DNA of 64,000 bases from an uncultured Acidobacteriota bacterium (GTDB lineage Bacteria > Acidobacteriota > Thermoanaerobaculia > Multivoradales > SZUA-115). The stretch covers positions 32,001-96,000 of the forward strand of contig CAWDVR010000003.1 in NCBI GenBank assembly GCA_963805975.1, written 5' to 3'. The notes beneath the pieces were generated by a model. It did no database searches and was not told the origin of the DNA. It saw nothing but the letters and a program-made list of their open reading frames with translations. This document shows, one piece after another, positions 8,261-16,351 of the stretch (within the stretch, counting starts at the first letter, position 1; each line of letters opens with the position of its first letter). Position numbers and translations under genes: made by a program.

Positions 8261-10099
8261 TCAGGGCAGTGCGACCACGGTGACGATGCCGCCGGCCGGC
8301 AGCCCCAGGAAGCGCCGGCGGCGGCCGTCCGGCCAGCGGATCGCGAGGCTGCCCGCACTCTTCGCGTCTCCCAGGCCGAAGAGGGCGCGGGGATCGTTCG
8401 CGGAGGAGTAGCTGCCGTCCCGGCGCACCACGCGGAGGAGCGGCTTGCCCGCCCCGGAAGAGAGCTCGAGGCGGGCGCCGATCGCGTCGGCACCGCCCGC
8501 GAGCACCGCCCGCGCCGAGAGCCAGGCGGCCTTCTGGCCCACCTGGTTCACGAGCAGGCGCGCCGGGCCGCTGTTGTTGTTCACCAGCACGTCGGTGTCG
8601 CCGTCGTTGTCCACGTCACCGAAGGCCGCGCCGCGGCCCACCTCGAGACGGGCGAACGCCTCGCCGCCCGCCGCCGTCACCTCCTCGAAGCGCCCGTCCG
8701 GCCGCTGGCGGAAGATCTGGTTGCGCTGCGCCAGCGGGTAGCGGCTGCCGGCCCGCACCTGGGCCTCGATGCGCTGGATCTCGCCGTTGGCGAGGAAGAG
8801 GTCGAGCAGGCCGTCGTTGTCGATGTCCAGCCACTGGGTGCCGAACGCCGTCGAGGCGAGGCTCCCGGCCTTGAGGCCGCTCGCGCGCGAGCCGTCGCGG
8901 AACAGGCCGCCACCCTCGGCCAGGTAGAGCGTGCCGCCCTCGCCCGAGCGGTTGGCCACCAGCAGGTCTTCGTCGCCGTCGCGGTCCACGTCACCGATCG
9001 CGATGCCCATGCTGGCCTCGGGCTGGCCGTCCTCGGAGAGGGCGGCGCCGGAGAGCAGGGCCGCCTCCTCGTAGCGGCCGTCGGGCTGCCGCAGCCACAG
9101 GAAGTTGGCGCCCCCGTCGTTGGCCACGTAGAGGTCGGTGTCGAGGTCACCGTCGAAGTCGCCCGCCACCACTCCCAGGCCGGCACCGGCTTGCGTGGTG
9201 ATGCCGGCGCGGGCCGAGAGATCCTCGAACCGGCCGGCGCCCAGGTTGCGATACAGCCGGTCGGGCTCCGGCTGGTAGGAGAGCGGGCCACAGTAGTCCG
9301 GCGCGCTCGAAGGCGAAAAGCACGGCGCGTGGCGGGCGACGCTGAAGGCCAGGTAGTTGGCGACGTACAGATCCTCGCGGCCGTCGGCGTCGGCGTCGAA
9401 GAAGGTGGCGGCGGCGCTCCAGAAGGGGTCACTCACCCCGGCCGCCTGGGTCGCGTCCGTGAAGGTGCCGTCCCCGCGGTTCACCCACAGCCGGTCGGGG
9501 CCGAAGCCGCCTACGAAGAGATCGGGAAAGCCGTCGCCCTGGACATCGCCCACCGCCACCGACATGCCGTAGCCGCCCTGGTCCAGGCCGCTCGTCTCGG
9601 TCACGTCCACGAAGCGCGGCTCGAGGCGCCCGTCGCCAAGAGCCACGAGGTCGTTGCGGTAGAGCCGGCTCCTCAACGGCCGCATGCGGGCCGGCGGCGG
9701 GAAGACGGCTTCGTCCAGGCTCTTGCCCGGCTCGAGCAGGGCGCCCTGCACCAGGAAGGCGTCCAGGTCGCCGTCGCCGTCGTAGTCGAAGAAGGCCGCG
9801 CCCGAGCCCATGTTCTCGGCGAAGTACAGCCGGCCCGTCATGCCGTTGAAGTGCTCGAAATCGATCCCCAGCTCGGTCGCGCGCTCGAGAAAGAGCGGCT
9901 GCGCGAAGGCCGGTGATGCCAGGACCGAGGCCAGCATCGTGGCCTGGAGCAGAGCACGGCGAGCTGTAGCGAGAGTCCTGCCAGTGTCATCCTGAGCGCA
10001 GCGAAGGATCTGGGTGGGTGGGCGTATCCCTGCGTTTGGGAGCACCCGCCCCCATCCAGATCCTTCGCTGCGCTCAGGATGACACTCGAGCGAGCTCAC
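8261..10099 (-). CDS. CRTAC1-family FG-GAP repeat / ASPIC-UnbV protein
   Basis: Repeated DxDGDGDxD motifs, GRGAAFGDVDNDGDTD, C-terminal ASPIC/UnbV (GSYSSANDPRALFGLG). Start chosen at GTG 10099, which overlaps the upstream TGA; start position uncertain. Confidence 0.88.
   Translation of the reverse strand: MSSLECHPERSEGSGWGRVLPNAGIRPPTQILRCAQDDTGRTLATARRALLQATMLASVLASPAFAQPLFLERATELGIDFEHFNGMTGRLYFAENMGSGAAFFDYDGDGDLDAFLVQGALLEPGKSLDEAVFPPPARMRPLRSRLYRNDLVALGDGRLEPRFVDVTETSGLDQGGYGMSVAVGDVQGDGFPDLFVGGFGPDRLWVNRGDGTFTDATQAAGVSDPFWSAAATFFDADADGREDLYVANYLAFSVARHAPCFSPSSAPDYCGPLSYQPEPDRLYRNLGAGRFEDLSARAGITTQAGAGLGVVAGDFDGDLDTDLYVANDGGANFLWLRQPDGRYEEAALLSGAALSEDGQPEASMGIAIGDVDRDGDEDLLVANRSGEGGTLYLAEGGGLFRDGSRASGLKAGSLASTAFGTQWLDIDNDGLLDLFLANGEIQRIEAQVRAGSRYPLAQRNQIFRQRPDGRFEEVTAAGGEAFARLEVGRGAAFGDVDNDGDTDVLVNNNSGPARLLVNQVGQKAAWLSARAVLAGGADAIGARLELSSGAGKPLLRVVRRDGSYSSANDPRALFGLGDAKSAGSLAIRWPDGRRRRFLGLPAGGIVTVVALP
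9983..10086. repeat. Palindromic element with 31-bp inverted arms (GTCATCCTGAGCGCAGCGAAGGATCT family)
   Basis: AGTGTCATCCTGAGCGCAGCGAAGGATCTGG ... CCAGATCCTTCGCTGCGCTCAGGATGACACT; a second single arm lies at 40555-40583. Confidence 0.9.
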
Positions 10100-11703
10100 G
10101 GGTTGGCCGGCTCCAGCCACGGCGAGCGGCAGGGCTGCTTCGCGACGTAGAGGTCGAGCCGCTTGCCGGCGCGCGCGAGGATCGGTGCCGCCGCCCCGGT
10201 GCGGGTGAGCTGCGCCACCACGGTGCGCTGCAGCTCGACGGCGTCGTCGAAGCGGCCGTTCTCCGCGAAGGCCATGGCCAGGGTCTCGCCGTGCTCGGGC
10301 ACGGGCTGGGCGGAGAAAACCTGGATCGCGAGCGTCAGGGCGCGCGCCCCGTCCCGCAGCCCGGGGTCCGAGGCGGTGGCGAGGAAGCGCGCCGCGAGAT
10401 GCGCGACCTCGCCTTCCTCCGGCAGGGCCGCCAGGCTCTCTGCGAGCGCCTGGCCTGCTTTCCTCTCGTCGCCGGTGCGGAGCAAGGCCCGGGCCCGCGC
10501 CAGGTGCAGGATCGCCGAGCTCGGCGCGAGCTTCACGGCCCGGTCGTAGGTTTCCGCGGCCTCCGCAAAGCGGCCTTCCTTGGCGAGCAGCGTGCCGTAG
10601 GCGGCCTGCACGTTGGCGAGCTCCGGGGAGAGCTCGACCGCGCGTTCCAGATGCGTCCTCGCCTCGGCCGTCGCACCCTGGCCGAGCAGGAGCTCGCCCA
10701 GCTCCGCGTGCGCGACGCCGAGCGCGGGATCGCCGGCCAGAGCCTCACGATAAGCCGCCTTGGCGCCTTCGAGGTCGCCTTGCCTGGCGAGCACGCGGCC
10801 GAGGCCCAGGAGCGCCTGCGGATTGCCGGCGTCGGCCTGGAGCGCGGCGCGGTACTCCGTCACCGCCTCGTCGAGCTTGCCGCCGACGAGTGCCCGGCTG
10901 GCCCTTTCGAGGTGGATCAAGGCACCGCGGCGTGCGCTCTCGAGCTGGCGCACCAGAGGATCGGCGAAGGAAACCGGGACGTCGCCGCGCAGCTCGAGCT
11001 GACGCTTCGCCTCCTCGGTCCTGCCAAGCTGGCGCAGAGCGAGCGCCAAGGGGTAGTGAACGGCCGAGGCGTTGGGAGCCAGCGCCAGCGCCGCCTGGAA
11101 GTGCTCGACCGCCACCTCGGCCTCCTGGCGCGCCGCCTCGATCCGCCCCAGGCCGAAGCGCGCCGCGGCCTCCGTGCCCTTGGCGCCGAGCGCCCGCCGG
11201 AACGCGGCCTCGGCCGCCGCGACGCGGTTTCTCGCCAGCTCCACCTCGCCCATGCGCACCGAGGCGGCGGCGTACGAGGCGTCGATGGCGAGAGCGCTGG
11301 CGAACGCCCCGGCCGCCGGCGCCAGCTCCCCGGCCTCCTGGCGAGTGACCCCCAGCATGTAGGGCCACCGGAAGTCCTTCGGGGCGAGGAGCGCAGCATT
11401 GGCGAAGCAGGCGCCCGCGGCGTCGTGCAGCCGGTAGAGCAGGTACACGCTGCCGGCCTCGCCGAACGCCGCGGCCAGCGCTGCGGGATCCCTCCGCTGG
11501 CCGGCGAGCGCCTGCTCGAGCCCCGCCGCCACGGCCGTCATCTGTTCGCGCACCGCGGGCTCCAGATCCTCGAGCGCCGGGTACGGCACGCTGGCGAGGG
11601 CGGTGGGCGAAGCCGCGGGATCGGTCCGGGTGGCGGCGGCCGGCGGCGAGAGGACGAGAGTGCCGAGCAGTAGAAGTGCCGAGGCTGCGTGCTTCGAATT
11701 CAT
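10096..11703 (-). CDS. Secreted tetratricopeptide repeat protein
   Basis: Signal peptide followed by many TPRs (AVHYPLALALRQLGRTEEA, LGLGRVLARQGDLEGA). Confidence 0.88.
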   Translation of the reverse strand: MNSKHAASALLLLGTLVLSPPAAATRTDPAASPTALASVPYPALEDLEPAVREQMTAVAAGLEQALAGQRRDPAALAAAFGEAGSVYLLYRLHDAAGACFANAALLAPKDFRWPYMLGVTRQEAGELAPAAGAFASALAIDASYAAASVRMGEVELARNRVAAAEAAFRRALGAKGTEAAARFGLGRIEAARQEAEVAVEHFQAALALAPNASAVHYPLALALRQLGRTEEAKRQLELRGDVPVSFADPLVRQLESARRGALIHLERASRALVGGKLDEAVTEYRAALQADAGNPQALLGLGRVLARQGDLEGAKAAYREALAGDPALGVAHAELGELLLGQGATAEARTHLERAVELSPELANVQAAYGTLLAKEGRFAEAAETYDRAVKLAPSSAILHLARARALLRTGDERKAGQALAESLAALPEEGEVAHLAARFLATASDPGLRDGARALTLAIQVFSAQPVPEHGETLAMAFAENGRFDDAVELQRTVVAQLTRTGAAAPILARAGKRLDLYVAKQPCRSPWLEPANP

Positions 11704-11728
11704 GCGGGGATGCTAGCAGGCGGGCCGC

Positions 11729-13054
11729 TCAGGCAAGTTCGCCGCGCTCCCGCCACCTTCCGCCCACCGCGGTCGAGGCGATCACCTCCTCGGCACAGCC
11801 GAAGCAGAGGGCGGCTGGGAGGGCGGCGGGGGTGGTGCCCGCGAGGGTCGGCGCGTCGAGGTCGAGGGCCACGAGGTCGGCCCAGAGGCCGGGCGCGATC
11901 TCGCCGGCGGGCAGGCCCAGGGCCCGGGCGCCGGCCTTGGTGGCGGCGGTGAGCAAAGGCACGGCGACGCTCCCGGCGCGGTCGCGGAGCACGCCGCGGC
12001 GCTCGCGCTCCAGGCGCTGCGCGTACTCGAGCCAGCGCAGCTCTTCGAGCATCGAGATGCGGGCGTTCGAGTCGCTCCCCAGGCACATCGAGCCGCCGGC
12101 CGCCGCGACCGCCGGCAGGTCCGCGACGCCGTCGCCCAGGTTGGCCTCGGTCAGCGGACAGAGGCAGACGTTGCCGCCCGCGGCGAGGAAGCGCGACATG
12201 TCCTCGGGCGCCGTATGGGTGCAGTGGACGGCGGTGAAGGCGGGCGAGAGGTCGAGGAAGTCGGCGAGGATCGCCATCGGCCGTGCGCTGTAGGCGGCCA
12301 GGCAGTCGTCGATCTCCCGTGGCTGCTCCTCGACGTGCATGTGGAACACGAGGTCCCGCCGCCGCGCCTCGGCATGGAGCTCGGCGATCTCCTCCGGTGT
12401 CGCGGCGCGCAGGCTGTGGGCCACGGCGCCGAGCGTTTGCAGCGCCGGGTCGAGCTGGCCGGCGAGGCGGTCCATCTGCTGCCAGTAGGCGTCGAGGCCG
12501 GCGGTCTCGAAACGCTTCTGGGCGGCGGCGAGCGGCTGGCCGATGCCGCCCGTGCGGTAGTAGGCCTCGAGCAGCACGAGCCGGATGCCGGCCTCGGCAG
12601 CGGCGGCCAGCACCTGCTCGTCGAGCGCGAAGTCGTGGCCCGCGGCATGGTGCAGGTAGTGGAACTCGCCCACCGCCGTGATACCGGCGGCGCGCATCTC
12701 GAGGAAGGCCTGCCGGCAAAGGCGGAAGAAGGCCGCCGGGTCGAGGCCCCCGGCGAGCGCATACATGGCCTCGCGCCAGGTCCAGAAGTCGCCGGCACCG
12801 CCGGGGAAGCTCTCGCCCAGGCCGCGCAAGCCGCGCTGGAAGGCGTGGGAGTGGGCGTTGACGAAGCCGGGCAGCAGCGCCCGCCGCGGCAGCGGCACGG
12901 TGACGGGCAGGCCGAGCGCTCCCACGGCGCGGATGCGCCCGGCCTCGTCCACCGCCACCTGCACATCAGGCACGAAGCCCTCGCCGGTCCAGGTCAGCTC
13001 GGCGGCGATCACCTGCCGCGCTTTGAAGGCGGCATCTTGCGGGTCGGTCGGCAT
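11729..13054 (-). CDS. hutF: Formimidoylglutamate deiminase (amidohydrolase)
   Basis: PGFVNAHSHAFQRGLRG, FWTWREAMY, VGEFHYLHH, CPLTEANLGDG, LGSDS motifs. Confidence 0.85.
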   Translation of the reverse strand: MPTDPQDAAFKARQVIAAELTWTGEGFVPDVQVAVDEAGRIRAVGALGLPVTVPLPRRALLPGFVNAHSHAFQRGLRGLGESFPGGAGDFWTWREAMYALAGGLDPAAFFRLCRQAFLEMRAAGITAVGEFHYLHHAAGHDFALDEQVLAAAAEAGIRLVLLEAYYRTGGIGQPLAAAQKRFETAGLDAYWQQMDRLAGQLDPALQTLGAVAHSLRAATPEEIAELHAEARRRDLVFHMHVEEQPREIDDCLAAYSARPMAILADFLDLSPAFTAVHCTHTAPEDMSRFLAAGGNVCLCPLTEANLGDGVADLPAVAAAGGSMCLGSDSNARISMLEELRWLEYAQRLERERRGVLRDRAGSVAVPLLTAATKAGARALGLPAGEIAPGLWADLVALDLDAPTLAGTTPAALPAALCFGCAEEVIASTAVGGRWRERGELA

Positions 13055-13063
13055 GAGATCTCG

Positions 13064-14230
13064 CTAGGCGGCGCGGCAGAAGCGATCGACGAGGCTGTCC
13101 ACCGCCTCGCGCGCGGCGAAGAATTCCGTCTTGGGCATCCACTCGTCGGGCTTGTGCGCCACCTCGATGGTGCCCGGCCCGAAGATGACGCAGTCGAGGC
13201 CCAGGCGGCTGAGCCAACCGGCGTCCGTGCCGTAGGAGGCGGCGACCGTTTCGTGCTGGCCGGTGAGCTCGCAGACCGCGCGGTAGACCGGCGCGTCCTC
13301 GGCGAGCAGCATCGGCGGCGTGTCGTTGAAGAGCGCCACCTCGTAGCGGCCTGCCGGCGCGACGCCGGCAACGGCCGCGCGCACGCGGGCCGCGAGCGCC
13401 TCGGAATCCATCTCGGGCAGCGGGCGCAGGCCGAGGTCCACGGTGCAGCGGTCGGGGACGACGTTGATCGCCGTTCCGCCTTCGATCCTGGCCACGTTCA
13501 GGGCCACGAACGGGGTCTCGGTGAAGTGCTCGCCGTGGCGCGGGCGCTCGCTCTCGAGCTCGCGGCGCAGGGCCGAGAGCGCCGCCACCACCTCCGCGGC
13601 CGGCTCGATGGCGTTGACGCCCAGGTGCGGATAGCCGCTGTGCGCGCTCTTGCCGTGCACGGTGACCCGCATCTTCAGGTGGCCCTTGTGCAGGCGCACG
13701 GCCTGAAGCGAGGTCGGCTCGCCGATCACGGCGTTTCGTGGCAGCAGGTGCTCGGCCGGCCAGGTGTCCACCAGTCGCCTCGCCCCCAGGCAGCCCAGCT
13801 CCTCGTCATAGGTGAGGACGAGGACGAGCGGAGCGGCCAGTGCTGTCGCCTCGCTCCCTTCGACGTTCCGCGCCGCCGCGTTGACCGCGAGCGCCAGGAA
13901 GCCCTTCATGTCCGCGGTACCGCGCCCGAGCCAGCGGTCGCCGCCGTCGGTGAGCGTGAACGGGTCGCTCTCCCAGCCCTCGCCGGCGGGCACCACGTCC
14001 ATGTGGGCCGAGAGCACGAGACCCCATCGCTCTTCCGTAGTCTCCGGCCCGAGCTCGACCACCAGGTTGGTCTTGCTGCCGTCCTCCGAGGGGTTGCGCG
14101 TGATCCGCACCCCCGGCCGATCGAGGTAGTCGCAGAGGAAGTCGACGACGGGCAGGTTCGAGAGCCGGCTGGTGGTGTCGAAGGAGACGAGGCGGGCGAA
14201 GAGATCGGGGTCGGGGAGGAGGGCGGCCAC
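13064..14230 (-). CDS. argE: Acetylornithine deacetylase-like M20 peptidase
   Basis: LSAHMDVVP, GRGTADMKGF, YDEELGCLGA, IGEPT, GPGTIEVAHKPDE. Confidence 0.8.
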   Translation of the reverse strand: MAALLPDPDLFARLVSFDTTSRLSNLPVVDFLCDYLDRPGVRITRNPSEDGSKTNLVVELGPETTEERWGLVLSAHMDVVPAGEGWESDPFTLTDGGDRWLGRGTADMKGFLALAVNAAARNVEGSEATALAAPLVLVLTYDEELGCLGARRLVDTWPAEHLLPRNAVIGEPTSLQAVRLHKGHLKMRVTVHGKSAHSGYPHLGVNAIEPAAEVVAALSALRRELESERPRHGEHFTETPFVALNVARIEGGTAINVVPDRCTVDLGLRPLPEMDSEALAARVRAAVAGVAPAGRYEVALFNDTPPMLLAEDAPVYRAVCELTGQHETVAASYGTDAGWLSRLGLDCVIFGPGTIEVAHKPDEWMPKTEFFAAREAVDSLVDRFCRAA

Positions 14231-14295
14231 GCCTGAACGATAGTGCCGCCGGCGCAGCGGTGCAACCGACCGAGGCGAGCGCCTAGAATGCCCCC

Positions 14296-15183
14296 ATGCC
14301 CACCCACCCCTTCCACGTCCTCGATGTCTTCGCCGAGGAGAAGTACGCCGGCAATCAGCTGGCCGTGTTCCTGGACGCGGGCTCGATCCCTGCCGAGACC
14401 ATGCAGAAGCTGGCGCGGGAGACGAATTTCTCGGAGACCACGTTCGTGCTCTCCGGCGAGCCCAGGGACGGCGGCTACGACGTGCGCATCTTCACCCCGT
14501 CCGCGGAGCTGCCGTTTGCAGGGCACCCGACGCTCGGCACCGCCTGGGTGATCCAGCGCGAGCTCCTGGGCGGCCTGGGCGACCGCGTGGCGCTCAACCT
14601 GAAGGTGGGGCAGATCCCGGTCACCTTCGAGCGCGAGGAGCCCGGCGAGCCCGTGCTCTGGATGCGCCAGAACCCGCCGCGTTTCGGCAAGCGGGTGCCG
14701 CACGCGGCGGCGGCCGAGGCGATCGGCCTCGACGTGGCGGACCTCGACGAGCGCCTGCCCGTGGAGGAGGTCTCGACCGGCCTCCCGGGGCTGATCGTCC
14801 CGGTGCGCAGCCTCGAGGCGCTGCAGCGGAGCCGTCCCGACTCGGCCGTCCTCCGCCGGCTGATGGCGGGCCTCCAAGCCGACATGGTGCTGCTCTTCTG
14901 CCAGGAGGCGAGGGAGGCGGGAAACCACCTCGCGGCGCGCGTCTACGCCGAGCTCTGCGGCATCCAGGAGGACCCGGCCACCGGCAGTGCCTGCGGAGAT
15001 CTCGCCGGCTACCTCGTGCAGCACCGGGTGCGCGGCGGCGAGTCGATCGACCTGCGCGTGGAGCAGGGTTACGAGATCGGCCGGCCGTCGCTGCTGCGTC
15101 TGCGGGCTCGGGCCGCGGGCGGCGAGATCGAGATCCACGTCGGCGGGCGGGTGTTCCAAACGATGCGCGGTGAGCTTTTGTAG
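14296..15183 (+). CDS. PhzF family isomerase
   Basis: DVFAEEKYAGNQLAV, NFSETTF, ELPFAGHPTLG, EDPATGSA. Confidence 0.92.
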   Translation: MPTHPFHVLDVFAEEKYAGNQLAVFLDAGSIPAETMQKLARETNFSETTFVLSGEPRDGGYDVRIFTPSAELPFAGHPTLGTAWVIQRELLGGLGDRVALNLKVGQIPVTFEREEPGEPVLWMRQNPPRFGKRVPHAAAAEAIGLDVADLDERLPVEEVSTGLPGLIVPVRSLEALQRSRPDSAVLRRLMAGLQADMVLLFCQEAREAGNHLAARVYAELCGIQEDPATGSACGDLAGYLVQHRVRGGESIDLRVEQGYEIGRPSLLRLRARAAGGEIEIHVGGRVFQTMRGELL

Positions 15184-15203
15184 GGGCGACCGGCGGTCGC
15201 CCT
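15180..15203 (+). repeat. GTAG-type REP hairpin
   Basis: GTAGGGGCGACCGGCGGTCGCCCT overlapping the TAG stop codon. Confidence 0.65.
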
Positions 15204-15209
15204 CTCCCG

Positions 15210-15776
15210 CTACCGGTGCCCGAACTTCTCCGCCATCCTGCGGTTGAATTCCGCGCTCCCTCCGCGCGGCACGGAGAGCGTCTTCCACGCGTCGCCCGCG
15301 TAGTAGCGCGCCAGGGTCACGATCTGCCCCACGTGATACGCCGTGTGCGCGAGCTGGCGGTGGATGGCGTCCATCACCCCGTGCGGCTCGCCGCGGATGG
15401 TCACCGTCCTGGCGAGATCCTCGGGTTGGAGCGCGGCGAGCGTCGCCTCCAGGTGCCCCCACCCCTTCTCCCACAGCGCCATCACCTCTTCGCGCCGGGT
15501 GCCCGGCGGGACCTCGAACTCGGAGTCGCGGTCGCGGTCCGGTTTCTCGCCGTCGCTGGTCAGGAAGTCCTGCCAGCGCGAGCGCAGATTGCCGCCCAGG
15601 TGCTTGACCAGCACGGCGAGCGAGTTGACGTCGGCGCCGAGGGCCGCGAAGAACTGCGTCTCGTCCACCTGCGCGAGCGCGCCTTCGGCGAGGCGCCGGT
15701 GCGTTGCGGCTTCGCGACGGACGCTCGCGAGAAAGGTCGTACCCAGGTCTGCGTCGGTCGTCTGAGAGTCGGTCAT
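15210..15776 (-). CDS. DUF1572 / DinB-superfamily protein
   Basis: NSLAVLVKHLGGNLRSRWQDFLTSDGEKPDRDRDSEF, HTAYHVGQIV. Confidence 0.85.
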   Translation of the reverse strand: MTDSQTTDADLGTTFLASVRREAATHRRLAEGALAQVDETQFFAALGADVNSLAVLVKHLGGNLRSRWQDFLTSDGEKPDRDRDSEFEVPPGTRREEVMALWEKGWGHLEATLAALQPEDLARTVTIRGEPHGVMDAIHRQLAHTAYHVGQIVTLARYYAGDAWKTLSVPRGGSAEFNRRMAEKFGHR

Positions 15777-15885
15777 CCAATCCTCCCCGCCAGTGCGTGG
15801 CGACAAAAGACTATCGAAAATCTCTCCAATTACCCCGCCTGCCCGCCTCGGCCCGCGAGCCCTGCGGATCTGCTATAACCGCCTC

Positions 15886-16320
15886 ATGGCGGATCGCAAG
15901 TACGGCTCGCGCGGCTACATGGACAGCGACCGAGCCGAGCCACGCCGCGAGCGTTCCGCGGTGCCCGGGGGCGTGCCGCGGGAGAAGCCGGAAGGCCCGC
16001 GCGGCCGCGGCCTGGGCGCGCCCACGGCGACGGTCTTCCGCTGCGCGGTCTGCGGCGCCAAGCAGGAGGCGCCGGCGCCCGACGCTTTCGCCGCCACCTG
16101 CTCGCCGTGCGGCACGGCCCTCCACGCCTGCAACCAGTGCCGTCACTTCGACACCTCGGTCCACAACGAGTGTCGCAAAAACGTCCCGGTGCGCATAGTA
16201 AGGAAGACGCAGCGCAACGAGTGCGTGCTCTTCGAGCCCAAGCTGGCGCAGGTGTTCGCGGCCGAGAGCGGCCGGCCGAGCGATGCCAAGTCCGCCTTCG
16301 ACGCCCTGTTCAAGTTCTAG
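15886..16320 (+). CDS. Cys-rich putative zinc-binding hypothetical protein
   Basis: CAVC, CSPC, HACNQC plus two further Cys; TGCTATAAC extended -10 just upstream (probably leaderless). Confidence 0.75.
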   Translation: MADRKYGSRGYMDSDRAEPRRERSAVPGGVPREKPEGPRGRGLGAPTATVFRCAVCGAKQEAPAPDAFAATCSPCGTALHACNQCRHFDTSVHNECRKNVPVRIVRKTQRNECVLFEPKLAQVFAAESGRPSDAKSAFDALFKF

Positions 16321-16351
16321 CCCTCGACCGACCCTGCGAGAAGGAGCCTGC

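Noticed and set aside
6050-9916. 1288-aa plus-strand ORF and similar long ORFs (12215-14236, 16310-18889, 21521-23944, 30099-33167, 43784-45706, 52647-55268)
   Set aside because: Antisense shadows of clear genes; stop codons are rare at this GC content and the translations have no domain motifs.
9983-10086. tRNA or IS element
   Set aside because: No cloverleaf or transposase; it is a short non-autonomous palindrome.
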